From Gemmatimonadota bacterium (GTDB lineage: Bacteria; Gemmatimonadota; Gemmatimonadetes; Gemmatimonadales; GWC2-71-9): a stretch of DNA of 64,000 nt. The stretch is from the NCBI GenBank assembly GCA_039588295.1, contig JBDHAB010000018.1:1-64000 (forward strand). The letters are read 5' to 3'. Each line of letters begins with the position of its first letter. The stretch's first letter is position 1. A program made the translations under genes and the position numbers. This document shows positions 1 to 10,134 of this stretch, in pieces. The notes under the pieces were generated by a model, which saw only the letters and a program-made list of their open reading frames with translations, did no database searches and was not told the DNA's origin.

Positions 1-245
<245 letters not shown>

Positions 246-328
246 CTCTTCCCTCTGTGCGCAACCAATACCTTCCATCCACGTAGCTATCTGATCTCGT
301 CAGGACGCTGGACTCCTGACACCCGTTT

Positions 329-446
329 GGCTGGCGACTAGCGCGGCAGGGCCACACCCGTTCCCATTCCGAACACGGCAGTTAAGCCTGTCAGCGCCGA
401 TGGTACTATGCTCGTGAGGGCATGGGAGAGTAGGCCGTTGCCAGCC
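329..446 (+). rRNA. rrf: 5S rRNA
   Basis: GGCTGGC...GCCAGCC terminal helix; CCCATTCCGAAC, GTTAAG, CGCCGATGGTACT and GGGAGAGTAGG signatures. Confidence 0.97.
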
Positions 447-455
447 TCCCCAAGA

Positions 456-497
456 GAAGCCCGCCTCGGCATCCCCGAGGCGGGCTTCGTGGTTTTC
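456..497 (+). terminator. Terminator hairpin after the rRNA operon
   Basis: Perfect 14-bp stem GAAGCCCGCCTCGG/CCGAGGCGGGCTTC followed by GTGGTTTTC. Confidence 0.75.
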
Positions 498-537
498 TCC
501 CCGGAAACGCACGTCGACGCCGAAGGACCGCACGGTC

Positions 538-566
538 TTGAACAAACGATTAACCTGGTCTATTTT
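538..566 (+). promoter_or_regulatory. Sigma70-type promoter for the MarR gene
   Basis: TTGAAC-17 bp-TATTTT in an AT-rich patch. Confidence 0.55.
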
Positions 567-667
567 CACTGACGTTAACTGGGAGATCGGGACGCCTGCG
601 CCTGGTCGCGTGGGTCTCCTCCCGTCCCGGCGGATCGGGTGGCGGCAGCTCGCGGGGGTGGCACGTT

Positions 668-1267
668 GTGACGAAACGGCACTCGGGACACCTCGTCCAA
701 GATTTCCTGGGAAGCGCGCAAATTTTCACTTCAGCGATCAACGATCTGCTGGAGGGACAGCTCCGCGCGGTTTCCGAGGAACCGCTCACGTTCTCCCAAC
801 TCAAGCTCCTCAAGATGGTCTCGCTCACCGAAGGCTACACGGTGAGCGATGTCGCCAATTTCCTGGGGGTCAGCAACGCGGCAGCCAGTCGTGCCGTCGA
901 TCGACTGGTGCGTCGCGGGCTCGTCGATCGCACCGAGTCGGAGGCCGATCGGCGCGCGGTGCGCATCTCGCAGACCAACGAGGGCCGTGACCTCGTCGCG
1001 CGCTACGACTCGGCGGCGAACCAGGTGCTCGCGCAGTTGTTCGGTGAGTTCTCGAGCGAAGAGCTCAATGTGGCCGCAGGCCTGTTGGACCATCTCTCCG
1101 TCAGCATTGTCGATCAGGATGCGCAGCGGGAGGCGGTGTGCTTCCGCTGCGGTATCCACTTCCGTGAGCGATGTCTGCTACGCCAGGTCGCCCAACGGAA
1201 TTGTCACTTCCACGTCCGGCCGGCCGATAACGGCGGCGCCCAGCCGACGACTCGACAAGGACGCTGA
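668..1267 (+). CDS. MarR family transcriptional regulator with C-terminal Cys/His cluster
   Basis: LTFSQLKLL...VSDVANFLGVSNAAASRAVDRLVRRGLV...DRR wHTH; tail CxxC-x7-C-x9-CHFH. Confidence 0.9.
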   Translation: MTKRHSGHLVQDFLGSAQIFTSAINDLLEGQLRAVSEEPLTFSQLKLLKMVSLTEGYTVSDVANFLGVSNAAASRAVDRLVRRGLVDRTESEADRRAVRISQTNEGRDLVARYDSAANQVLAQLFGEFSSEELNVAAGLLDHLSVSIVDQDAQREAVCFRCGIHFRERCLLRQVAQRNCHFHVRPADNGGAQPTTRQGR

Positions 1268-1359
1268 CGCGATGCCCGTCGTCTTGCTGCGCCGCGAGGG
1301 ATCCGCCTGACCCAAGCACACCCGCTCCTCGGACGTGCGCTGTTGTAGTTTCCCCTTCG

Positions 1360-2247
1360 ATGCGGGCTGAACCCTTGACTCGATGCGGCACCGTCGTACT
1401 CGCCGGTGAGCCCAACGCCGGGAAATCGACGCTGCTCAACGCGCTCGTCGGGGCCAGGCTGGCCATCGTCAGCGCAAAGGCGCAGTCCACCCGCCAATGC
1501 GTCGTGGGTGTCCTGACGAGCGGGGACGTCCAGCTCGCCCTGATCGATCCACCTGGGCTCCTGGAGCCGCAATACCTGCTGCAAGAAACGATGGTGTCGG
1601 AAGCCGTTGGGGCGGTGCGACGGGCAGATGCCGTCCTCCACCTCCACCGACTCGAGCTCGGTCGCGCACCCCCCCTCGCGTCTCTGCTTCCCGAAGGCAT
1701 CCTCCGCGACCAGCCCATCGCCACCGTCTATACGGCCGCAGATCGAGTCCCAGCTGAGGACTGGCCGGAGCCCGCACCGTCGACGTTCCTGGTGAGCGCG
1801 ACGCGTGGAGACGGCCTCGCGGACCTCGTCACGTGGTGCCGTGCACAGGTCCCACCCGGACCATTCCGGTACGATCCGGACGACCTCGGCACCCAGCCGG
1901 TCCGGTTCTTCGCCGGCGAGTTCGTCCGGGAGGCGGCGTTCGAGTTGCTGCACGAGGAGCTCCCGTATTCGCTCGCTGCCCATGTCGATGAGTTTCGGGA
2001 GTCTTCGGACCCGGTATATATTCGAGTGACGTTGTACGTGGAGCGCGAGTCTCAGAAGGGGATGGTCATCGGAGCCAATGGGCGCACGATCAAGAGCCTG
2101 GGGGCGCTCGCTCGACAGCACATTGAAGCGCTCCTCGGTGCGCGTGTCTATCTTGACCTGTGGGTCAAGGTGCTGCCCCGATGGCGGACGTCACCGCACC
2201 TACTCCGTGAGCTTGGTTTTCGCCCACCTGCTACGAGGAAGCAATGA
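1360..2247 (+). CDS. era: GTPase Era
   Basis: [32 protein letters not shown] domain, VYLDLWVKV. Confidence 0.95.
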   Translation: MRAEPLTRCGTVVLAGEPNAGKSTLLNALVGARLAIVSAKAQSTRQCVVGVLTSGDVQLALIDPPGLLEPQYLLQETMVSEAVGAVRRADAVLHLHRLELGRAPPLASLLPEGILRDQPIATVYTAADRVPAEDWPEPAPSTFLVSATRGDGLADLVTWCRAQVPPGPFRYDPDDLGTQPVRFFAGEFVREAAFELLHEELPYSLAAHVDEFRESSDPVYIRVTLYVERESQKGMVIGANGRTIKSLGALARQHIEALLGARVYLDLWVKVLPRWRTSPHLLRELGFRPPATRKQ

Positions 2248-2414
2248 GCCTGTCGCCTGACCTGCTCGAGATTCTGGTTTGTCCCAAGTGTAAGGGAGAG
2301 CTGGAGCACCGCACGGAGCCCGCCGAGCAGCTCGTGTGTCACACCTGTCGACTCATCTATGCCGTCGAGGACGACATTCCCATCATGCTCATCGATGAGG
2401 CCACACCGTTCTAG
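2244..2414 (+). CDS. Trm112/YcaR family small zinc-binding protein (56 aa, not in the ORF track)
   Basis: Own translation: [20 protein letters not shown]...[31 protein letters not shown] overlap with era. Confidence 0.9.
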   Translation: MSLSPDLLEILVCPKCKGELEHRTEPAEQLVCHTCRLIYAVEDDIPIMLIDEATPF

Positions 2415-3378
2415 CGTAGCGGCCCTCGTCGCCCTCCTGGCCTTCTCGTCGGTCACCGTCGGGCAGGAGGTCGCCGATCCGGAGGAGGGCGGTGCCACGT
2501 TCCTCCTCCTGCCGGTCGGCGCACGGGCGGCGGCCCTGGGCCAAGCGGCCATCGCCGACGGCGGCAGCGGCGAGGCCGCGTTCTGGAATCCGGCTGGCCT
2601 CGCACTCGTCTCCGGCTCCGAGGTTGCGCTGCACTACGCGTCCACGTTCGCGTCCGACAATACGGTGCTGGCCGGATACCTTAGCACCCGCCGGCTTGGC
2701 GTCTTCGGCCTGGCAGCGTACCTCGTGGACTTTGGCAGTCAGGAGGTTCTGCCTGGTCCCGGGGTTCCGACCGGTCGGATCTCCGTCAAGAACATCGAGT
2801 TGCTCGCGTCGTATGCGACACAGGTCGCGACCGACTTCTCCGTCGGCGTGAACTATAAGCTCATTCAGTTCCGGCAGGATTGCTCGGGCGATTGTGGAGG
2901 GACCCGCTCGATCGCCGGGACGACACATGGGGTCGATATCGGGATGCAGTACGCGGTCGCGGGGAACGACAACCTGCGCATCGGGGTTGCGGTGCGCCAC
3001 GCGGGCTTCAAGCTGCAGCTCGAGAACCGCGACCAAGCCGATCCTTTGCCTACCCGGGTGCAGTTCGGTGTCGTCTACCGATTCCTCCTGCCGCGATCCC
3101 AGGGTGCCACCGAGGGACTCGATGCACGGGTGCTGTTCGATCTCCAGGACGCGTGGGGCGAGTACGACAACCCCGACGCCCGCCTCGGACTCGAGCTAGG
3201 GTACGGTGACGTGGTTCGCATCCGTAGCGGGTACGCTTTTCTCCACTCTGAGAGTTCCGGGCCCTCCGTGGGCCTCGGCCTTCGCTTCGGACGGCTGTCG
3301 TTCGACTTCGCACGCGTGTTCTTCGATTCGTCCAGCTTCGACGAGCCGGTCCACATCAGCCTGAGGGCGACCCTGTAG
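2395..3378 (+). CDS. PorV/PorQ (UPF0164, FadL-like) outer-membrane beta-barrel
   Basis: Signal peptide, [14 protein letters not shown] and AFWNPAGLA motifs, alternating beta-strands; start at ATG 2395 inferred. Confidence 0.75.
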   Translation: MRPHRSSVAALVALLAFSSVTVGQEVADPEEGGATFLLLPVGARAAALGQAAIADGGSGEAAFWNPAGLALVSGSEVALHYASTFASDNTVLAGYLSTRRLGVFGLAAYLVDFGSQEVLPGPGVPTGRISVKNIELLASYATQVATDFSVGVNYKLIQFRQDCSGDCGGTRSIAGTTHGVDIGMQYAVAGNDNLRIGVAVRHAGFKLQLENRDQADPLPTRVQFGVVYRFLLPRSQGATEGLDARVLFDLQDAWGEYDNPDARLGLELGYGDVVRIRSGYAFLHSESSGPSVGLGLRFGRLSFDFARVFFDSSSFDEPVHISLRATL

Positions 3379-3379
3379 C

Positions 3380-4225
3380 GTGCGCCGGATGGTGACCGGC
3401 CTCGCCGCGCTCGCGCTGGCCATCCAGTCCGCGCCGGCGTCGGGACAGCACCCTCCTCCACTCCTGCGACCGCACGCGATGACACCGGCCGCAGACAATC
3501 AGGAGTCCTCCGGCCCGGGGGTTCCCACGTGGCTCCGCCCCGTGGCGTCGGCCGTCGCCCCGGGATCGGGGCAGCTGTTGGCAGGCCAGGATCGAGGCGC
3601 GGCGTACATTGCGGTGGAAGCGCTATTGGCCATCCGGTTCCTCTTGTTCCACGCCGAGGGCGGTCGGGAAGGGCGGCGCTACCGCGACCTCGCGTTCACG
3701 GTGGCGCGGGGACCGTTCAATCCCACCGTCCGGGACACGGCGTTCGAGTACTTCGAGCAGCTGGAGAAGTTCATCGAGAGCGGCCCCTTCGACACCGACC
3801 CCGGGACGGCCTTTGCTCCGCCGATCGACGAGGCCAGCTACAACGGGAGTATCTGGGCGTTGGCCCGTCGGACGTTCTTCCCCAACCCCGATTCGCTTCC
3901 GGACCCGGACTCGGAGGAATTTCAGCGAGCGCTCGCCTTCTATCGGACGCGGGCCGTTGGCCCCAACTTTCAGTGGTCCTGGCGCAACGCGGGGCTGGAA
4001 CAGGATTTGTTCCGCAGCACGATTCGGCAGAGCGATGAGGCGTTCCGGGACGCCACCCAGCAGTTGGGCCTCATCCTTGCTAATCACCTGCTCAGCGCCG
4101 TGGACGCGTTCGTGTCCGGGCGGCTGTCGGGCGGCCAGCGCAGGGTGGCGATCGGCTCACTGCTCTGGCGCGATCCACAGGGGCCCGGCATCGGGTGGGC
4201 AGCTCTGCTCCGAGTCGGCTTCTGA
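3380..4225 (+). CDS. Hypothetical exported/outer-membrane protein
   Basis: Signal peptide, SAVAPGSGQ motif (DUF5683-like), C-terminal LRVGF. Confidence 0.65.
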   Translation: MRRMVTGLAALALAIQSAPASGQHPPPLLRPHAMTPAADNQESSGPGVPTWLRPVASAVAPGSGQLLAGQDRGAAYIAVEALLAIRFLLFHAEGGREGRRYRDLAFTVARGPFNPTVRDTAFEYFEQLEKFIESGPFDTDPGTAFAPPIDEASYNGSIWALARRTFFPNPDSLPDPDSEEFQRALAFYRTRAVGPNFQWSWRNAGLEQDLFRSTIRQSDEAFRDATQQLGLILANHLLSAVDAFVSGRLSGGQRRVAIGSLLWRDPQGPGIGWAALLRVGF

Positions 4226-4231
4226 CTTCAT

Positions 4232-4260
4232 TTGACTTCGCAGGTGACAACCTCTAAGTT
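4232..4260 (+). promoter_or_regulatory. Sigma70-type promoter for the GGDEF gene
   Basis: TTGACT-17 bp-TAAGTT. Confidence 0.55.
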
Positions 4261-4283
4261 GCCGTGATTTTGTCAATTAGGAG

Positions 4284-5246
4284 ATGAGGGGAGGGCAGGT
4301 GCGGACGCGATCGACCGTCATATACTTCTCGCGCGATGAGCGTCCAGTACCCGATCTCATCGCGGCCTGGGTCGATCAGCTACCGTTTCGGCTCGTCGCG
4401 TTAGCGGAGCAAGGCGCGGTCGAGACGGCAGCGCTCAGGAACCCACCAGCGCTGATCATCGTCGATGCGGACAGCTCGGGGACGGACAGCGTCGTGCTCT
4501 GCCGCGCGCTGAAGGGGGATCCGTACACTGCCGTCGCGCCGATCGCCGTCGTTTCGGGCCGACACGGAACGGACCAGGTGCGGGCATGGTTCGAGGCAGG
4601 TGCCGACGAAGTATTGACCCCGATCGTCGCCCCCCAGGAGCAGCGAAGCCGCCTCGAGGTCCTCCTTGCCCGTAACGAGCGTAGCGTGGCGGTGCATCCG
4701 TCGACCCGATTGCCCGGCACCACGGAGATCGAACGAGCCATCCGGCACAGGCTCGAAGCCAGTGCAGTGTTTGCCGTGTGCTACGCCGACTTGGATCATT
4801 TCAAGGAATTCAACGATCGCTACAGCTACTATGACGGCGATCGCGTTATCTTCATCTTGTCGAGGGTCCTGCGGGATGTCGTCAAGGGGATGTGTCCACG
4901 CGATGGCTTCGTGGGACACATCGGTGGTGATGACTTCATCATGATTCTGCCGCTGAACATGGTGCAGGAAGTATGTGGGGAAGTGCTCGCGGTCTTCGAT
5001 GCGCTGATTCCGTACCAGTACAACGCACAGGATCGCAGAGCGGGCTATTTTTTCGGAAAGGACCGACGCGGTCATCTTCATCGCGTTCCGCTCATGACGC
5101 TGTCAATCGGGATCGTGACCAACGAGCGGCGTCGGTTCACGCACCCGGCAGAAGTCAGCGAGCTCGCAACTGAGATGAAGAGTTATGCCAAGACGCTGCC
5201 TGGCTCGGTGTTCGTTGTGGATCGGCGCCGAGATGCCGGACAGTGA
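4284..5246 (+). CDS. Atypical receiver domain plus GGDEF diguanylate cyclase
   Basis: DLDHFKEFND, GHIGGDDF, TLSIG; N-terminal REC-like domain (IIVDAD, GADE). Confidence 0.88.
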   Translation: MRGGQVRTRSTVIYFSRDERPVPDLIAAWVDQLPFRLVALAEQGAVETAALRNPPALIIVDADSSGTDSVVLCRALKGDPYTAVAPIAVVSGRHGTDQVRAWFEAGADEVLTPIVAPQEQRSRLEVLLARNERSVAVHPSTRLPGTTEIERAIRHRLEASAVFAVCYADLDHFKEFNDRYSYYDGDRVIFILSRVLRDVVKGMCPRDGFVGHIGGDDFIMILPLNMVQEVCGEVLAVFDALIPYQYNAQDRRAGYFFGKDRRGHLHRVPLMTLSIGIVTNERRRFTHPAEVSELATEMKSYAKTLPGSVFVVDRRRDAGQ

Positions 5247-5264
5247 TCGGTGGGAGAAGGCACC

Positions 5265-6167
5265 ATGAACGTTCGCTGCGACGCCTGTAACACCGTGTAC
5301 CGCATCGACCCCGCCAAGGTGCCTGATGGCGGGGTCCGCGCTCGCTGTTCCGTGTGTTCGGCGGTGATCGACGTGAGTAAGACTGGCGCGGTACGGCGCG
5401 CCCCGGCGGGGACCCTGCCGGCGACCGTCGCCCCGGTTCGGGCGACCCCTGAACCGGAGCGTGTCCGCCCCACACCACCTCGGCCCGTAGCCCCCGAACC
5501 CGCCCCGGAACCGGTGACCACCACGGCACCACGCCCCGTGGTGACGCCTGAAGCGGCGCAAGCCGCCGCCCGGAGGGCAGCTCCGAGGCCGCGCGTCACT
5601 CGACCGATCTCCGGGGCGCCAGCGACCCGCCCACCGCCGCCGGCCCCCATCGCCGAGCCGGCGCCGCCGAGGGCACCGCTCAGTATCGCGCCGAGCCCGT
5701 TTGTGCCGACCGAAGAGCCACCCGAGCGTCCGAGCGCCCCGGTCTTCCGGCCGGCGGCGGGGCGACCGATGGCGGCACCGCCGGTACCGCCCGCAGAACC
5801 CGTGGCTGAGCCTGCGGCGGAGGCCACCACTCCTCCGCTCGAACTGCCACTGCGCGAGCCGCCCCAAGCGCAACCCGTCGTTCCCGAGCCACCGGTAAAG
5901 GCTCACGTCAATCCATTTCTCGCGCGCGACCCTCGGCAGAAGGCGCGACGGCTCGCCCGCGCCCTTGTGTCCGACATCATCGTGTATCAGCCGGAGAAGC
6001 GGCAGCAGGCGCTGGTGGATGGGACGCTCAAGACCGCATTCGAGGACGAGATCAAGAAGAGCTGGGAGGAGTACGTCGAGCAGGTGGGCCATGACATTGC
6101 GGACTCCACACCCTACTTCACTGAGGCATTAAACGAGATTCTGGCCGGAGGCCAGCAGGTCTTCTGA
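5265..6167 (+). CDS. Zinc-ribbon (MJ0042-type) protein with Pro/Ala-rich linker and helical C-terminal domain
   Basis: MNVRCDACNTVYRID...RARCSVC; long Pro-rich linker; KARRLARALVSDIIVY domain. Confidence 0.8.
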   Translation: MNVRCDACNTVYRIDPAKVPDGGVRARCSVCSAVIDVSKTGAVRRAPAGTLPATVAPVRATPEPERVRPTPPRPVAPEPAPEPVTTTAPRPVVTPEAAQAAARRAAPRPRVTRPISGAPATRPPPPAPIAEPAPPRAPLSIAPSPFVPTEEPPERPSAPVFRPAAGRPMAAPPVPPAEPVAEPAAEATTPPLELPLREPPQAQPVVPEPPVKAHVNPFLARDPRQKARRLARALVSDIIVYQPEKRQQALVDGTLKTAFEDEIKKSWEEYVEQVGHDIADSTPYFTEALNEILAGGQQVF

Positions 6168-6295
6168 GTCGAGCGCGGACGCGGTCGTGGTCCGACCGGC
6201 CGAACACGCTTATACTTATGGGGTTCCAGAGCCGTCGCCTCCGGATGGAGGGGGCGGCTCAACGTATGCGGCCGTGAACCAGTAGGGGAGTGTGC

Positions 6296-7403
6296 ATGCT
6301 CAACGACGCCGTCGAACAGCTGTCCGAGCTCGAACGTCGCCTGGCCGAACTCAGGGGATATCTTTGACCTGGAGCAGAAAGCCGGCCGACTGACCACCCT
6401 CGAGGCCTCGATGGCCGCACCCGGGTTCTGGAACGATCCAGACCGGGCGCAGGCCGACGTCGAGGAACTCCGTCAACTCAAGCGCTGGACCGAACCGTTC
6501 GGTGACCTGACCCGTCGGGTGCAGGACGCGTTGGAACTGGGCGGACTCCTTGCTCAGGAGCCCGACTCGGACTTGGAGCGGGATCTCGTCGAGGAAGTCG
6601 AACAGCTCCAAACCGGGGTGGAGCAATTGGAGCTGCAGGGGATGCTCCAGGGTCCAGACGATCGGCGCGATGCGCTGCTCACCATCCATCCCGGCGCCGG
6701 CGGCACGGAGTCACAGGATTGGGCCGAGATGCTCATGCGCATGTACACCCGCTGGGCGGAGCGCCGGGGCTACGCCGTCCAGGTGCTCGACCTCTTGGCG
6801 GGGGAGGAGGCCGGGGTCAAGTCGGTGGCGATGGAGATCCGCGGCGACTACGCCTACGGCTATCTCAAGGCTGAGAAGGGTGTGCACCGTTTGGTCCGCA
6901 TCTCGCCGTTCGACCAGCAATCGCGCCGCCATACTTCGTTCGCATCGGTTTTCGTCTACCCGGTCGTGGACGATACCGTGGAGATCGATCTTCGGGACGA
7001 GGACGTGGAGATGGAGGTGTTTCGCGCGTCAGGGGCCGGTGGCCAACACGTCAACAAGACGTCGTCGGCGGTACGTCTCCGTCACCTCCCGACCGGGATC
7101 GCCGTGTCTTGCCAGCAAGAGCGCAGCCAGCACAAGAACCGCGCCACGGCCTTGAAGATGCTCAAGGCGGCGTTGTACCAGCGTGCCATCGAAGAACGCG
7201 CGAAGAAGCGTGCCGAAGTCGAGGCGACCAAGACGGACATCAGCTGGGGCAACCAGATTCGGTCGTATGTGTTCCAGCCATACACGATGGTGAACGACCA
7301 CCGAACGGAATTGAAAGTGGGTGACGTGCAGTCCGTGATGGACGGGAAGCTCGATCTCTTCATCCAGACGTACCTCAAGAAATTCGGGAGCCGCGCAGCG
7401 TGA
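6296..7403 (+). CDS. prfB: Peptide chain release factor 2 with programmed +1 frameshift (join 6296-6364, 6366-7403)
   Basis: AGGGGA-TAT-CTT-TGA-C slippery site; SPF and GGQ motifs; the +1 frame joins the 6411 ORF. Confidence 0.97.
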
Positions 7404-8887
7404 GCACCCCCGAGCGATCGTTTGTGGAGCAGGTGAGACGCGAGAAGCTCGAGGCGCTCCGGGAGCTCGACGTCGCGCCCTACGCCTATGGCTACGCTCG
7501 CAGCCACACCACGGCCCAGGCCGCCGACGCGTTTCGCGAGAACACCAAGGTGTCCGTCCGGGTGGCCGGGCGGGTTGTCGGCCGGCGGGGCCACGGCAAG
7601 ACCACGTTCCTGCACGTCAGCGACCAGGCGGGTCGGGTGCAGGTCTACTTCCGTCGCGACGACCTCGGCGAGGAGTCGTATCGGCTGGTTCGCCTACTCG
7701 ATCTTGGCGATGTGATCGGAGCGGCGGGGTACATGTTCCGCACCAAGACCGGAGAGGTCACGGTCCATGCCACCGATCTCACGCTCCTGGCCAAGGCGCT
7801 CCGGCCGCCGCCCATCGGCAAGGAGGACGCCGAGGGCGCCCAGCATGGCGTGCTGAGCGATACCGAGCAACGCTACCGGCAGCGGTACGCCGACCTCATG
7901 GCGCACCCTGAGACTCGAGCGGTGTTCGAGTTGCGAGCCGACGCGATCCGCTATCTCCGGCGCTTCCTCGATGAGCGGGGCTACCTCGAGGTGGAAACCC
8001 CCGTGTTGCAGCCCGTCTATGGGGGCGCGCTCGCTCGGCCGTTCACCACCTATCACAACGCCTTGGACACGATGTTCTACCTGCGTATCGCAACCGAGCT
8101 CTATCTCAAGCGCTGTATCGTCGGTGGTATCGAGCGGGTGTACGAGATCGGCAAGGACTTTCGCAACGAGGGCATCGACCGGCTGCACAACCCTGAATTC
8201 ACGATGCTCGAGTTCTATCAGGCCTTCGCCGATTACGAAGAGGTCATGGACCTGGTGGAGGTCATGGTCCACGGGCTCGTGACGGAGCTCGCCGGCAGCG
8301 CCACCATTGAGCGTTTCGGTACCTCGTTCGACTTCACACCGCCGTGGCCGCGCGAGCGATACCTGGCGCTGGTCGAACGGCATGCAGGGATCACGCTGCA
8401 GACGACGGACGACGACGGGCTGCGCGATCTGCTGCGGCGACGCGATGTTCCGGACATCGATCCATTGCCACGAGGCCGCCTGATCGACGAGGTGTTCAAG
8501 GAGTGCGTCGAGCCGCATCTCGTGCAGCCGACGTTCGTGGTGGACTATCCGCTGGAGTTGTCCCCGCTGGCGAAGCCGAAGCGCGGTGACCCGACCCTCG
8601 CCGAGCGGTTCGAGCTTTACGCGCACGGGCGCGAGCTCGCAAATGCCTTCAGCGAGCTGAACGACCCGGACGACCAGCGCGCGCGCTTCGAGGCGCAACG
8701 CGCGGCCTTGGCGGCGGGTGATCTCGAGGCTCACATGGTCGACGATGATTATGTACGGGCGCTCGAGTACGGCATGCCGCCGACCGGCGGTTGCGGCCTC
8801 GGCGTCGACCGTTTGGTCATGCTTCTCGCCGAGGTTTCCTCCATTCGGGATGTGATCCTCTTTCCCACGTTGAGGCCCGAGGAATGA
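7400..8887 (+). CDS. lysS: Lysine--tRNA ligase, class II
   Basis: RYRQRYADL, FRNEG..HNPEFTMLE, YGMPPTGG. Confidence 0.97.
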   Translation: MSTPERSFVEQVRREKLEALRELDVAPYAYGYARSHTTAQAADAFRENTKVSVRVAGRVVGRRGHGKTTFLHVSDQAGRVQVYFRRDDLGEESYRLVRLLDLGDVIGAAGYMFRTKTGEVTVHATDLTLLAKALRPPPIGKEDAEGAQHGVLSDTEQRYRQRYADLMAHPETRAVFELRADAIRYLRRFLDERGYLEVETPVLQPVYGGALARPFTTYHNALDTMFYLRIATELYLKRCIVGGIERVYEIGKDFRNEGIDRLHNPEFTMLEFYQAFADYEEVMDLVEVMVHGLVTELAGSATIERFGTSFDFTPPWPRERYLALVERHAGITLQTTDDDGLRDLLRRRDVPDIDPLPRGRLIDEVFKECVEPHLVQPTFVVDYPLELSPLAKPKRGDPTLAERFELYAHGRELANAFSELNDPDDQRARFEAQRAALAAGDLEAHMVDDDYVRALEYGMPPTGGCGLGVDRLVMLLAEVSSIRDVILFPTLRPEE

Positions 8888-10134
8888 GCCGTCTCGATCT
8901 TCGCATCGCGGGGCGCTACATGCGGAGTCGCCGTTCGTCACGGCTATTCTCGCTCATCACGCTGATCGCCACTGGCGGCGTGGCGGTCGGTGTTATGGCG
9001 CTGATCGTCGTGGTCGGCGTGATGAACGGTCTGCAAACGGAACTGCGAGACAAGATCCTCGTCGCCAGCCCGCACTTGCGGGTACTCACGTTCGGCCGCG
9101 GTCTGCGAATGGAGGATTGGAAGGCGGTGCGAGACACTGTGCTCGGCAACCCTGCGGTTGTAGCGGTCGCACCGTTTGTCCTCACCCAGGGTCTGCTGTC
9201 CGCCGGTGCCGATTACTCCGAGGGCGTGTACGTCATCGGCGTGGATCCCGACACCGGCAGCCGTGCTGTGACGGCGCTGGCCGAGCATTTCCTCACCGGC
9301 GACCTCGGCTTTCGGACTGAGCAGAGCGACGTCGACGGCGGCATCGTGCTCGGGCGCCGCGTGGCGGAGCGTGTGTTGGCCTACCCGGGCGACAATCTCA
9401 CGATGATCTCGCCCGCAGGGAGCAGGTTCAATTCCGCGATCGGTGCCTTCGTGCCTAGGTGGTGGACGTTCGAGGTCACGGGACACTTCGAGACGGGCAT
9501 GTACGAGTATGACAACGGCTACGTGGTGCTGCCGCTGCCACTTGCCCAACAGTTTGCCGGTCTCGACACCGCGGTCTCCGGCCTGGAGGTGCGGCTCACC
9601 GACCCGTGGCAGGCTCCTCGGGTTGGCCGCGAGCTCGAAGAGCGGCTGGGCTATCCGTTCCGCACGCTCGACTGGCAGAGCCAGAACGCCTCGCTGTTCT
9701 CAGCACTCCAACTCGAGAAACTCGCGATGGGAACCATTCTCTTGCTCATCGTGATCGTCGCCGCCTTCAACATCGTGAGCACGTTGACAATGCTCGTGCG
9801 AGACAAGACGCGCGAAATCGGCATCCTGCGTGCCATGGGGCTGCCTGCCAAGGTAGTCCGCCGCGTATTCGTCTTCCAGGGCGCGCTGATTGGCGTGGTC
9901 GGGACTGGTGTCGGTACCGTGCTTGGGCTCGTGGTCGGGCGCTTGGTGGATCGTGGACGGATCATCGACCTCAACCCGTCGGTATATTTCATCGATCACC
10001 TGCCAGTGCAGGTGGACCCGGTGGATCTGGTGATCATCGTGGTTGCCAGTATGACGGTCGCGACCGTCGCAACCCTCTACCCTGCGTGGCAGGCGGCGAT
10101 GCTCCATCCCGTTGATGCCATTCGCTACGAATGA
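8884..10134 (+). CDS. lolE: Lipoprotein-releasing ABC permease LolC/E
   Basis: GVMALIVVVGVMNG, AAFNIVSTL, REIGILRAMG, ATLYPAWQA; ATGA overlap with lysS. Confidence 0.88.
   Translation: MSRLDLRIAGRYMRSRRSSRLFSLITLIATGGVAVGVMALIVVVGVMNGLQTELRDKILVASPHLRVLTFGRGLRMEDWKAVRDTVLGNPAVVAVAPFVLTQGLLSAGADYSEGVYVIGVDPDTGSRAVTALAEHFLTGDLGFRTEQSDVDGGIVLGRRVAERVLAYPGDNLTMISPAGSRFNSAIGAFVPRWWTFEVTGHFETGMYEYDNGYVVLPLPLAQQFAGLDTAVSGLEVRLTDPWQAPRVGRELEERLGYPFRTLDWQSQNASLFSALQLEKLAMGTILLLIVIVAAFNIVSTLTMLVRDKTREIGILRAMGLPAKVVRRVFVFQGALIGVVGTGVGTVLGLVVGRLVDRGRIIDLNPSVYFIDHLPVQVDPVDLVIIVVASMTVATVATLYPAWQAAMLHPVDAIRYE

Noticed and set aside
659..674. Sigma54 promoter (TGGCACG)
   Set aside because: The -12 TTGC is missing at the required spacing and the motif overlaps the MarR start codon
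5390..5900. Pro/Ala-rich low-complexity stretch as a DNA repeat
   Set aside because: No clear tandem unit at the nucleotide level; explained as a disordered protein linker
6365..6367. In-frame TGA as selenocysteine or a pseudogene lesion
   Set aside because: Canonical prfB CTT-TGA-C +1 frameshift with an upstream SD
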